Positions 25,124 through 38,301 of a stretch of DNA of 64,000 bases are shown here, in pieces. The stretch lies in contig JAAOMT010000786.1 of NCBI GenBank assembly GCA_016748015.1, positions 437,814-501,813 on the forward strand. Reading direction: 5' to 3'. The notes beneath the pieces are model-generated. The model had not been told where the DNA came from. It saw only the letters and a list, made by a program, of their open reading frames with translations, and did no database searches. The stretch is from Geosiphon pyriformis uo1 (lineage: Eukaryota > Fungi > Glomeromycota). Both the position numbers and the translations under genes were made by a program. Every line of letters begins with the position of its first letter. Within the stretch, counting starts at the first letter, position 1.

Positions 25124-26509
25124 ATAGATTCCAGAAATTACAACAATCTTAAAAATTATTTGGAGGCTTTTATCATACCAGAAAATTGGTTTCCAAGTGA
25201 AAAACATCAATTACAACACCAATCCAAACAATATTTTATACACCACAACAAAATTTATTACAAAAATTGCAGAAATCCAAACCAACCACTTAGATTAGTA
25301 CAAGAGAATAAAAAAGAAACAATTCTATACAACATGCACACAGATCCTTCTTCAGCATACTTGGGAAGAAATGAAACAATTCAAAGAATTCTTGAACATT
25401 ATTTTTGGCCTCACATGTAAAAAGACATTTGACAATATGTAAAGTCTTGTAATAGTTGTCAAAAAAAAAGAGGAACTCACCCCACAGAACCTTTAAATCC
25501 AATCAAAGTTGGACAACTTTTTAACAGAGTTGGAATTGATTTAGTTGGACCATTACCTATTACAACCCAAGAAAATTGTTATATTGCAGTTGCAATATAT
25601 TATTTTACCAAATGGCTTGAAGCTAGAGCCATCCAAAGAGCAGATGCAAAATCAGTAGCAAATTTTATCTATGAAGACATTATTTGTAGACATGGATGTC
25701 CAATTGAACTTTTATCTGATCAATAAACACATTTTGTGAACCACTTAATACAAAAAATTTGTGAACAATTCAATGTCAAAAGATCTTTATCATTACCTTA
25801 TTATTCCCAAACAAATGGACTTGTAAAATAGTTCAACAGAACATTGTGTGAATCTTTAGCCAAAGTTTCAACAGATTTTGAGCAAAAATAAGATATTTTT
25901 ATTCCATTAGTGTTATTAACATACAGAACACTAAAACAAGATACTACAAAACACACACTATTTGATCTTATTTATGAAAGGACAGCAACATTACCAATTA
26001 ATTTCACAGTAAAAACATATTCAGTGCAACCAATTAATGAAGAAAACTTCAAAGAAACACTTCACAGAAAAGCCTATACTCTCCTTAGTACATTGGAAGG
26101 AAAAAGATGCATAGCAGCCATTCATATTGAACATTCTCAAGTCTTACAAAAAGAAAGACATGACAACAAACTGCCACCAGTTACCAACAAATTTAAAGTT
26201 GGAAATAAAGTTCTCTTACACAGAACTAAGACTAAAAAACAATAGAGTAGAAAATTTGAACATAAATGAAATAGACCATTTTATATTCATAAAATTCTAG
26301 ACAATGGATTATATAAGTTAAGACTTGATGACAAAGTACTAGCAAAAGTTGCACATGGAAATTGATTAAAACACTATCACTTTAAAAACAATCTTGAATC
26401 ATTAATTCCACAAATTAGTACACATTTTCCTTTAATTAATCTTGAAAATATTCTCTGAAATTTAGAATCAATAATTATAATAGAACAACAACTAAACTTG
26501 AACACTTAA
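25124..26509 (+). pseudogene. B1 integrase (apparently separate ORF)
   Basis: Decayed HHCC (LYNMHTDP..CNSC), DDE core GIDLVGP / LSDQ / GLVK.FN, decayed GPY/F-type C-terminus; no chromodomain. Confidence 0.88.
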
Positions 26510-26674
26510 TTTAATATTTTCACAAACTCCTTTAAAATACATAAAACATAAATCAAAAATAGTAAACAATTAGAAGAAACATTCAAATCCAAACACAAAT
26601 AAAAACCCTATACCCAAAAATAATTTTCTTTATTTTTTTTCAAATTTTGTTTATTAGTTAGTCATTTTTTTATC

Positions 26675-27381
26675 ATGATTATTTCCCAAAATATTCAACA
26701 AATATTCCAAAAATTAATGTTAACTTTGAAAACACTTCCTGACTTATTTATAACAATTAATGGAAGTCAAATTAATTACATTCAGAAAAAAACCACAGCC
26801 CCAATAGTAAATAATTCTCAGAATTATCACTCATATAGAAGAAAAACAAAAAGTTACTCTGAAAATCAATTACCAGAACTTTTGAAGCAAGCACTAAAAA
26901 AAACCTTTTATCTGCCTCTATTGACATTTCACCAAATGCCACAATGTAACAAAAACTTTTACTATTCTTCAATGAACAAAACAATGAACATACCCTTATA
27001 TATAGATATTTTTATATTAGAAAAACATTTTATGAACGAAAACTGGAACTTGAAGCAACCAACATCATTCCTAAGACTATACAAAAACAAATTCACAATG
27101 AATTTAAGACAGCAGTTAGACCAACAAACATTCACTACAAACTTAGAGCAGCTTTTAGACTCTATAATTTGTTTAACACTTGCAAAAATGTCCTACAAAA
27201 TCCAATACTGTAATCAATGAAGGTTCAATACATTGGCAAACTTACAGAACTGAAATTTCAACAATTTTCAAACCAGATCACTTCAATTATCTTGAACTAC
27301 TATCTTAACATTACAGATAGTGCTTGGACTTCAATGGAGCTCAGTCTTGAGAAGAAGATTATGTTACCAGTAAAATTTTAA
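26675..27381 (+). pseudogene. B1 3' extra ORF (ORF3, unknown function), frameshifted
   Basis: MIISQNIQQIFQKLML... homologous to 39793-40512. Confidence 0.75.
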
Positions 27382-28334
27382 CTATTAATTAGCACAAAAT
27401 TACCTTTATAATTCCTATTATTAATTAGCATACATTATTATTATTTTGATTATCACTTATTATTTAATCAAATTATCAAATATCATTACTCAATCAATAA
27501 TCCGATTTGTATTCTAGAAATTAAGATGATTAAATTACACAATACCCTGAACCATTTAACATAGTCAAAATTTGCCGAAATTAATGGAAATTGGTCAAAA
27601 TAATCAATAGTTCAGTAAAATAACTTGTAGTTTGCCAAAATGTATCTTTAGTTTACCCAAATTGTAGCAAAAAGAAAAGTGCAAGTTCAAAGATTAGTAC
27701 TACAACAAGTTGTATAAAAAAAGAGCTTCTCTCTTTAAGAAAATGTATCTTCTCATCATATCTTATTATAGTATCTTACTTTAGATACCTTAATTAAAAC
27801 AAATCATCTTTTACACATTTTAAATAAAAATTAAATATTCAAAACCCAAATTCTTTGATTATTGTACTTGAAAATTCTCTCAACACAACTAACATTTTGA
27901 AATTAATTAGCTACTAATTTCAATAAACTATTAGTAACTTTAAGTCTGGATAAAAAATGTTTTCTTTAATAAAATCCTATTTTTTTTACATTTTTTTTAT
28001 TTTTTTTTTCTTTTCTTATTACAAATTATTAGAGTAGCCTACAAATGAGATTTCTATAAAAGAGTTGACTTTCACAGCAAAGTAACTACACATTTTTAGT
28101 GAGCTTTCAGATGAGCAATTTCTGAGAAAAAGTTGATGTTTATTATAATGTAACTACACAAGCAACTAACACAGAATTGGCCATTCCACTTATAAGCCCA
28201 GCAGTTTAAATTATAGGAGATAATTTGAAAATAAATTCAGTTACTAAAAGTCCACCTACTTCCTGGAAATGGGAATTCACAGCAAATCAATATTGACAAC
28301 ATTCAAAAAAAAAGACCAAAAACCTCTGATAACA
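27362..28334 (+). repeat. 3' LTR of B1
   Basis: Follows the PPT; TGTTACCAG...GATAACA. Confidence 0.95.
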
Positions 28335-30716
28335 ATGATGATGAAAACAATGGTTCCAATTTTGCTTAATATAATAATGAAATTAATAATAATTCAAACT
28401 CAGATTTAAACTTTGAACAATATATTGTGCTCCCTGATCTTACCAAAGAGCAGAAACTGAAATGGTTTAGCAATAATAGTAAAGATATTATGCTAGAATG
28501 AATGCATGATACTGATGCAGGGTTTAATCTAAGATATCCTGGAAAAAATGCCATCAAATTAGAACCACATTTGCATACTTGCATTGATTTGAAAATAGCA
28601 TTGGAAATTTTAGCAACAACAATGATTCAGTTAGCATCTAAGAGTAGTCTAGCAAAAAAAGAAATCAACATCAAAGGAAAAATAATTGATGCAGAATATG
28701 TAAAAAAATATCATTGCAATGCTACAAAATAACTCAGAAAAAGCCTATATCATAGAGCCAAACAAAAAGATAACACAGGCAATATTCCTATCTTTGGTTA
28801 AAATAGCTTAATTAGTATTAGTGGGAAACAGGAAAAAATTAAGGATTATAGCTAAAGAGATACAAGGGTTTGAATTCATGGGTAGAATAGATGTACTAGT
28901 TAATATGGCAGAGGAAAAAATTGTCGACAAGAGAGAAATTATCTCCATCTATTAACCAATTTCTATTCCATCATATAACCAGTACATAGTAGTTATAGAG
29001 AAAAAAGTAAAGGATCAAGTTCAGATGTTTGAGGCAGAAGCAACACTTTGTAAATCAGAAAAAATTGGATTAGTTAATCTATACATACCAGCCAAAAACC
29101 ACAGACACATTAAAATTTCCATTTACAACAACATGAGAGATACCATTAAGATACCAGAAGGAACCACCATCAGATACTTAACCACCAAAAATGAGGACCA
29201 GCTACCAAATACCATTCCAGATTTTTCACAACTATGTAGATATGTAGATATTACATCTTAAACAATATATAGACGAGAAGAATATTATTTGCTACAACCA
29301 GAATAATTGAAACAAATAAACTTGGAAAATTTAGACTCACTACAATATATGTAGCTCAAGATGTTACTTAACAACTTTAATGACATTTTTGCCAGCAAAA
29401 ATAAATTTGACAGAATTGACATAATTCAGCATCAGATCAAAACTAGAAATGTAATGCCAATTAAACAAAGAGCATACAGAGTATTACCAGCCAGCCATGA
29501 GATTATTCATCAAAAAATCAATCAGATACTTAACAATAGGCTAATTCAACCATCAATGAGCCCATGGTCATTACCAGTAGTACTAGTTTATAAGAAAAAT
29601 AGAAAAATCTGCTTTTGTGTAGATTACCAGAAACTGAATAAAGTAATAAAAGAAGATAGTTATCCAACTCCAAAAATCCAAGAATTGTTTGATGCTTTTG
29701 GAGAAAAAAAATGGTTCTCAACTTTGGACTTAGACAATGGCTACTAGCAAATAGCCATGAAACTGGAAAACAAAAAGAAAACAGCTTTTACAATACAAAA
29801 AAGAAATTTTGAATTTGAAGTTATGCCATTTGGCTTGATGAACATTTCAGCCACATTTCAATGGCTAATGAAAATTGTCTATACTGAATTGTTATGGAAA
29901 TCAGTAGTCATATACTTAGATAACACCAATGTGTTCTCAAAAATATTTGATGATCATTTGCACCATTTCCAACAAGTATTTGAAAGATTCTGATAAGCAG
30001 AATTGAAATTAAATACAAACAAATGTTTCTTTGGAAAGACTGAACTCAAGTTTTTGGGACATGTAGTAAGCAAAGACAGTATCAAAATGGATCCAGACAA
30101 GATTAAGATAGTCAAAAACTTTCCAGTACTAACTAATTTGACAGAACTAAGAGCATTTTTGGAATTTGCTAAATACTATTGCTGCTTTATCAAAGATTTT
30201 TTTAAACTGGCTTAGTCATTACACAAGCTCCAAACAAAGAACACCAAGTATGAATAGACAGAAAACCAACAAAAAGCTTTTGACATATTAAAAAGAAAGG
30301 TTATTCAAGCTCCAGTGTTGATGTATCTAGATTACAGTAAACCATTCATCATTACTGCTGATGCATCAAGCCAAACATTGGGAGCAATACTATTGCAAAA
30401 AAAACCAGATGAAAAAGAACATTCAATAGTATATGTCAGCCAAAGTTTGAGTCCAGCTGAAAAGAACTATAGAACACCAGCATTGAAACATTTAGCAATC
30501 TATTGAGCAGTCATGAAATGAAAAGAATACTTGAGCCAAAAGTTTAAAATGTATACTGATTATAAAGAATTAACTTTAATTCAGAAGCAAAAATTTGGAG
30601 ATGATCGCCATGTTAGATAAAAAATAGAACTTTCACTATTTAATTATACAGTACATTACAAAAAAGGAAAAAAAAATGGAAATGCTGATGGCTTGTCATA
30701 AATAAGACAAATTTAA
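28335..30716 (+). pseudogene. A2 polyprotein 3' part: dUTPase, RT, RNase H
   Basis: DAGFNLRYPG..ASKSS..IIDAEY; RT SPWSLPVV, STLDLDNGY, MPFGL; RH IITADAS; ends NADGLS*IRQI*. Confidence 0.9.
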
Positions 30717-30746
30717 AAACATTTCAAACCAAAAATATAACAAAAG

Positions 30747-31621
30747 ATAAATATACAAAAATACTAACAACTCCAATATTACATAAATACCAAATTGTTC
30801 AAGAAAAAATTATCTCAAAAAGAACAAAACAACATAAAACAACAATCAAAATATTTTATTAATTATTAAAATATACTTTACTAAAAAAAACAAAAGAAAT
30901 TCAGATTAACTGACCAGAGTAATTACAGAATTAGAAAAAGAGACAATATTGTTCAATATGCACTCAAATCCAATAACAAGACATTTTCATAAAGAAGCAA
31001 CCATAGAAAAAATCAAAAAAAAATATTATTGGCCATTAATGTATCCAGATATCATCTAATATGTTCTAAATTGTGATGCTTGTCAGAGAAAAAAAAGAAC
31101 AAAATCCAGTAAACCATTAAGACCAATTAAAGTAAAACAACTATTCAATCACATCGGAATTGACTTAGTTGAATCATTAAGCATAATCAGCAGAAACAAC
31201 AAATATATTGCAGTAGCCATAGACTATTTCACAAAATGGCCAAAAGCAAAAGCCATTCAAAGAGCAGATGCAGAATCTGTTGCCAAATTCATTTATCAAG
31301 ATTTGATCTGTCAACATAAATGTTCAAAAGAACTACTATCAGATCAAGGAACTCACTTTGTGAATAGAACATTGACAGAATTAAGTCAAAGATTTGGGAT
31401 AAAAAAACTATTATCATCACTATACCATCCACAAACAAATGGGTTAGTTGAAAAGTTTAACAGAACATTGTGTGAAGCAATTGCCAAGATCAGTCAAAAA
31501 AACCAGAATGAATAGGATTTGTTTATGCTATTAGTATTATTTGCTTACCAGACAATGAAGCATGACACTACACAAACAACACTATTTGAATTAGTATACA
31601 GTAGAACAGCAACATTACCAG
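30747..31621 (+). pseudogene. A2 integrase, truncated by B2 LTR
   Basis: LFNMHSNP..HF..CDAC, GIDLV, LSDQGTHF, PQTNGLVEKFN. Confidence 0.88.
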
Positions 31622-32601
31622 TGTTACCAGACAAAATTAGAGATATTGTTTAGCATGAAATTACTCTTATAAATCTTATCATTAATTAGCATATATTATT
31701 GTTTCAAATTATTACTTATTACATTAGCAAAATATCCGAAATTATCATTTAATTAATAACCCAATTTGTACATAACACAAATGTAACCTAATTGTGATGA
31801 TCAATCATGCAATATCCTGAACTATGTAACATTCAAAAAGTTTGCCGAAATTTGTAAGAAATTCGCCGAAATAATTGATAGTTTGCCGAAATATCTAATA
31901 GTTCACAGAAATAACTTGTAGTTCACCGAAATGTATCTTTAGTTCAGTAAAATTATAGAAAATAGCAAAGTTTAAGTTTATAGAATAGTGTTACGACAAG
32001 TTGTATAAAAGAAAAACTTTTCTCTTCGAGAAAATTTATCTTACTTCAGATTTAATAATTAGAATCATCTTTTACATACAAAAACAAAATAAATATCAAA
32101 TAATTCAAAAAATCAAATCCTTAATTATTTCCCTTGAAATTAACCAAACCCTACTAACAGTTGAAATTGATTAGCTACCAATTTCAGTAGACTGTTAAAG
32201 CACTTCCAGGTCTGGATCCAAAACAACTTTCATAAATCATTAGTCTTATTTTTTCTTTTATATTTCTTTTATTTTTTTTCTTTTTATAAATTATTTGGGT
32301 AGCCTACAGACGAGAATTCCTGTAGAAGAGTTGACTTTTACAACAAAGTAACTACACATTTTTAGTGAGCTTTCAGATGAGCAATTCCTGGGAAAGAATT
32401 GATGTTTACTACAATGTAACTATACAAAGTAACTGGCATGGAATTGGCCATTCCACTTATAAGCCCAGCAGTTCAAATTATAGAAGATAATTTGAAGATA
32501 AATTCAGTTATTGAAGGTTCAACCACATCCAGAAAACGTGAATTCACAGCAAACAGGCATCAACAATATTGAAAAAAAGAGACCAAAAACCTCTGGTAAC
32601 A
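31622..32601 (+). repeat. 5' LTR of B2
   Basis: TGTTACCAG...CTGGTAACA followed by the PBS. Confidence 0.95.
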
Positions 32602-32649
32602 TTTGGTGCTCTCCCACAGAAACAACACAGCAAAAACAACTTCAAAGTA

Positions 32650-35600
32650 ATAATCACACCAGATACAACAACTCTAGAGTATTACCAGTTAATTTACACC
32701 CACTGCAAACAAAAATTCAACATTCCAGACAAAATTGAAGTTGTCAAGAAATCAGTATACAAATACATTAAAAACCGCATCAACAATTATCTTTTTGGAA
32801 ATTACAATATCTCAAAAGTTAGAAGCAATTTTTACAATAATTTAGCACACTATTTACAGTGAAAAACTGAAAACCTTAACAGTGAAACACTTGCTACTTA
32901 CTTTCAAGAACTTAACTTTAACATTATCAAGTACTGTGAAAAAACATATTCAGTACAGTCTCAATACTCTATTGATTTTAAATCAGAGACAGAAACAAGC
33001 AACAAAGGCAAACAAAAATTGAAGCAATACTTAAAAACCACCCTAAATACTCCAATATTACCAAAAACAACTGCCAAACATTTACAAACACCTGAACAAG
33101 GAACCAGCTCAAAACTTCCACTTACTATCACATCTTTTCTAGCTTCACTTGCACAAGCACAAACACCTAATTTACCCTTAAATTGATTTGCAAGACTAGA
33201 AGATTTTACATTACCCAGAAGTTTCACCAGACAACAAGAATCCCTTCAAACTAGTTCCAATCTCCTTGACTTTCTAGCTGAAAATCAAAGTGAACACTCT
33301 GAGACAGCAGCAAATAAAGAAAATGACTCTAAAATATCTGAAGAAAAATTAATAGACAGTGAAAATGAAGAAGACAAAATGACAGCATACATTGCAAAAA
33401 TCTCTGAATTCAATGGAGAAGACATTGAGACCAGTTTCTAAGAATGGCTTGACCAAGTTACTAAAACTGGAAATGCAAATGGATGGAATGTTGCCAGAAT
33501 GTTAAGAACAATTCCCTACTTTCTCAAAGGAACAGCAGATGAATGGTTCGAAAACTTGACTACCCCTTTTAATGACTAGACAGCTTTCAAAACTGTCTTC
33601 TTAGAACAATTCACCGATAACAACACCTCAATCACACTTTGAAATTGTTTTCGCAATATCAAACAAGAACCCTCCGAATCTGTTATGACTTATATTGGGA
33701 AATTCAACAAACTTTTTAGACAAATTCGTCAACTTGAAACTAATAATTATTATTCTGATGCTCAAATCTTGGATCAATTTATTGCTGGTCTAAAAGATAA
33801 ACTGATTAAAAAGGTTCGCCCACATGCCCTAGAAGATTTAAACTCTGCCATACAGTATGCAAAAAAATACGAAATGGCCATGGAAGAGGCCAATCACACA
33901 AAACTTGTAAATTTGGCAATTGGAGAAACCAGCTCAGTACCTGAGAAGAAAATTGACCAACTGACAAAGAAGGTTGAAAACTATTTCACCAATCAACAAC
34001 AACAGCAACCCCAAAGATATTAACCACTCCAAAGACAAAATCAAAATAACTTTGCACCACTTTCTAATAACCAGCCTCAGAATTGCCATTACTGTGAAAT
34101 CTCTGGCCACTGGAAAAGAGATTGCAGAAAGCTACAGTGAAACCAACAAAATAGAAGTAATCAACATTACCCTCCACCACAGCAATTTTATTATCAACCA
34201 CCACCAGCTTACTATCCACCAAGACCCCAATACCAAAGTAACTATTATCAGTCTGCCCCACAGCTGATTCAACAACCACCCACACAACATTACCAAGTAC
34301 CTGCTTGAAGATTGACTTCACAAAACCAATTCACACCACAAAACCGATACCAAGTAAACAACAATAGAATCAGTTTGAACAACCAATTGATTCCCTGAAA
34401 TTCCACTCAACCAAGACCCAACCATTATCACACTCAACCCAGTTATTTAACAATACCTGAAGAACAGAATTTTTACCATACTGCACTCTCAGAAGGTAGA
34501 GCTGCAGCACAACAACAAAACCCTTCCTATATTCCTACCACAATCCCACCAGCCAGAATTGCTGAAAATGCCAACCTTTCAGATATATTCCCCTTCAAAT
34601 TTGAAGCAAATAAATTATCATTCTTACTTAGCAATGCAGCGGCTAATGAGCAAAAAGCCATCACTGCAATGTACACAGAAGCCAAAGTAGAAGGAAAGTC
34701 AATTTACTTGATTCTAAACAGTGAATCCACTGGAAGCATCATTACCTACTAGTTGATGCAACAGTTAAAGAAAAATATTAACCAATCAGCTTAGACAGTA
34801 ATCATTACTGCTGATGGCATGAAAAAGACTTCAGTAGAAGAAATTGACAATTTTCCATTCACTCTTAATGGAATTATCATTCCAGTCAAAGTTTTTGTAA
34901 TAGATGCTCTCCAGTATCAAGCCCTTGTTGGAAATGATTGGCTCCAAAAAGCCAATGCAAAATTAGACTGGGAAACCCAAGAACTACAAATCTCTTACCA
35001 AGGACAACATGCCCAAGTACTTGTCATTTGTGGTACATTCAACAAAAGCTCCAAAAAAGCCCCGGTTTTTGAATTCAAACCAGAAGAAGAAAAACCAATA
35101 ATCAAAACATTTATGGCTCTTGGATCAATGTCCAATTGGGCCAATAAAACTGAACAAGAACATTTTACTCCACACTCTGATCCTGAAACCTCTGGATGGA
35201 ATATCCCTTATTCAAAGCCTAAACCAAGGAAACAATGCCTCTACATTTCTCTTAAATGTAAAGACTGCCACAAGAAATTATCGTCAATGGGAGCCTGCAT
35301 TTCATCTGAAGAAGAATATGAAAATCATACTTGTTACTACTGCAAGGCTTGCCACAGAAAACGATGGGGCCATCTAATAAAAAGAAGTAGAAAATGGGAC
35401 AACACTCCTTGTTTGACTTGTGAAAATATGCTACCAGAAGAATGCAATTAGATTGATGTAGCAATGAGAGGAGGAGTCTGTGATCAAATCTGCCAATATG
35501 CTTTATCAATCTCAGAAAAAGTCAAAAAAAGAACACCCTTTGATGCAGCATACAACAGTGCTTTCAACAAACTGTACCATTATTTTCATAATGCTGAAAT

Positions 35601-38250
35601 AATTTTTGACCTAGCAATGGCTTTAATCAATGAAGTCATTCAAGAAAATGTTCATCAAATGAAAGAATCAGAATATATTGCATACACTTTTGAAATCGCT
35701 GGATACAACTATGAAGATAAAGTAGAAGTATATCACCAAATTGCCAGTCACACTTATCTGACCAAAGAAGCTCAAGCTCAATGGCTAGAACAAATGAACA
35801 TTAAATTGTGTGAAGAATGCATAATGCCCTGCAATGAGCAATGGTGCCCTGAATGCTATGCTCTTAACGTTCCCCTACTCAGTGAAAATGATGAAAACAA
35901 AATTGAATTTGGAGAACCTGAAGCAACAGAAAAAATTGAAACAACACCTATCTATCTTATCAAAAGTCAACCTGCCTTACAACTCAAATACTTCAACAAC
36001 AACGGACAAGAAATAAAACCTGAAAAAGCACATGAAATTGATGCTGGATATGATCTAAGATATCCAGATAAGGATACTCTTGTTCTTAAACCCAAATCTT
36101 TCACAAAAATCAACCTCAAAATTGCACTCAAAATCCCACCAGGAGCAATGGTTCAAATTGCCTTCCGGTCCTCTCTGGCAAGCAAAGGAATCAATGTCAG
36201 AGGAAGAATAATCGATGCTGGATATACTGGAGACATTACAATAATGCTTTAAAATAAAACTGACAAACCATTCAAGATCGACCATGCTAAAAAAATTGCC
36301 CAAGCTATTTACCTACCCCTAATTAACATTTTGGGTTTGCAACTAGTCAATCAAAGAGAACAATTAGGAAAAAGCAATAGAGGAACCCAAGATTTTGGTT
36401 CAACTGGACGATTCACAGTTCCAGTTAATATAGCTCTTAACACACAGAACAAATTCCACCAGATTTTCAGACTTCTACAACCAATTACCATCTCACCCTT
36501 TGGAGAACATTCGGAAATCTACACCTGTCCAAAGCCAACAACCACACAACAAATTTTTGAGTCCAATAAACAAGTCTGCTTGGAACATAATATTTCGATT
36601 TCAAACATTTATATTCCAAAAAAAACAAAGAAAGTCCGAGTTACTTTTTACAATCCCAACAATTACCCCATAGTTCTATTAAATAACTTAGAAATTGGAG
36701 TCATTCACAGTAACATCTTTCAACAAGAACTACTCCAGACAGTTCCCAATTTTTCGGAAATCATTGGACATTCACTACCAAAAATCAACTCAAATCCTAG
36801 CTCTGAAAACTACCATGTTGTTATGGAAAAACTATCTTGAATCAACATGGAACAACTTGAACCACAACAACAGAGCCAGCTCAAAGAGTTAATTGTAGAA
36901 TTTGCCGATATCTTTGCTGAAAACAACAATGACTTAGGAAAAACCAATTTGGTCCAATACCAAATTTATACAGGAGATGCCAAACCAAGAAGACAACAAG
37001 CATATTGAGTTGCTCTAGAAAGCCACTAATTCATCTGAGAAGAAGTACAACAAATGCTTAACAACAGGCTTATCCAACCCTTCATGAGTCCTTGGGCTTC
37101 ACCTGTAGTGTTAGTTAAAAAGAAAAATAGAAAGATACAATTTTGTGTTGACTACCGACAACTCAACAGTATTACAATTGGAGATGCCTACCCCCTTTTC
37201 CGAATTGATAACATGTTAGATGCCCTTGGAAAATCCAAATACTTTTCAACACTAGATTTAGAAAACAGTTACTGGCAAGTTGCTATGGATCCCAAAGATT
37301 GCCCCAAGACAGCATTTACCACCCAAGGCAGAAATTACGAGTTCAATATAATGCCTTTCGGATTATGCAATGCACCAGCAACGTTTCAGAGATTAATGGA
37401 TGTTGTGTACCAAAAACTTTTTTGGAAGTCAGTAGTTGTTTATCTTGATGATACTGATGTTTATTCTTTATCATTCAAATTATACTTAAAACACTTGCGA
37501 GAAGTTTTTCAATGATTACAAAAAGCAGGACTAAAACTCAACATCAAAAAATGCTACTTTAGAAAAACAAGCTTGGCCTTCCTTAGACATATCGTTAGTA
37601 AAGATAGAATCAAACTGGACTCTGAAAAAATCAGTGTTGTCAAAAACTTCAAAACTCCTCGAAACACTACAGAACTAAGAGGATTTATAGGATTAGCATC
37701 TTACTATCGGAAGTTTATCAAAGGATTCTTGGAAATTGCAAAACTCTTCAACCAGTTTACCACCAAAAATGTTGAATACAAATGGACTACCGAACACCAA
37801 AAAGCTTTTGAAATTCTCAAGGAAAAACTGACAACAGCTCCAATTCTCGTCTACCCAGATTTCAGCAACTGATTTTGACTAGCTACAAATGCTTCATATA
37901 TTGCCTTTGGTGCTATCTTATCACAACTAGATGACAATAGAAATGAGCAAGTAATTGCTTATGCTAACAGAACATTAAAACCAGCTGAGAAAAACTACCC
38001 TGCCACAGAACTAGAAACAGCAGCTGTAATTTGGGCTCTATACCACTTCAACCTTTATCTCAGGCCTAAAGAATTCGATATTATTACTGATAATATTGGA
38101 CTCAAATGGCTTCAGAACAAAAATACTCAGCTGAATGCAAAACAAACCCAATGGACAGGATTTCTAGCAAACTATTGATACATAGTACATCACAAACCAA
38201 GAAAACTCCACACCAATGTTAACTGTCTTTCTAGAATGAGACAAGATTAG
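32650..38250 (+). pseudogene. B2 ORF1: N-term domain-gag-knuckle-PR-Cys-rich-dUTPase-RT-RNase H
   Basis: Knuckle CHYCEISGHWKRDC, PR region, CKDCHKKL..CYYCKAC..CLTC..CDQIC..LCEECIMPC..WCPEC, dUTPase DAGYDL/RSS/IIDAGYTG/RGTQDFGSTG, RT YLDD at 37441, RH ending CLSRMRQD*. Confidence 0.92.
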
Positions 38251-38301
38251 AAAACACAAAAACCAACACTCAACTTAACCAACCAAAAGAGCCAACAAAC
38301 A

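Larger units (their letters stand above)
18463..28334 (+). mobile_element. Full-length degenerate Ty3/Gypsy copy B1 (family B, ~9.9 kb) with both LTRs and a 4-bp TSD
   Basis: LTRs 18463-19429 and 27362-28334; PBS TGGTGATCTCCCACAG; PPT GAGAAGAAGA; TSD ATAA (18459-62) / ATGA (28335-38). The host A2 reading frame (DNNDDEN) rejoins across it. Confidence 0.95.
13780..31621 (+). mobile_element. Ty3/Gypsy copy A2 (family A, second subfamily), interrupted by B1 and truncated in integrase by B2
   Basis: 5' LTR 13780-14622, PBS TGGTGCTCCCTGTAAGG, gag-PR-Cys-rich region to 18462. Resumes at 28335 with dUTPase, RT (VIYLDN), RNase H and IN up to 31621. Confidence 0.92.
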
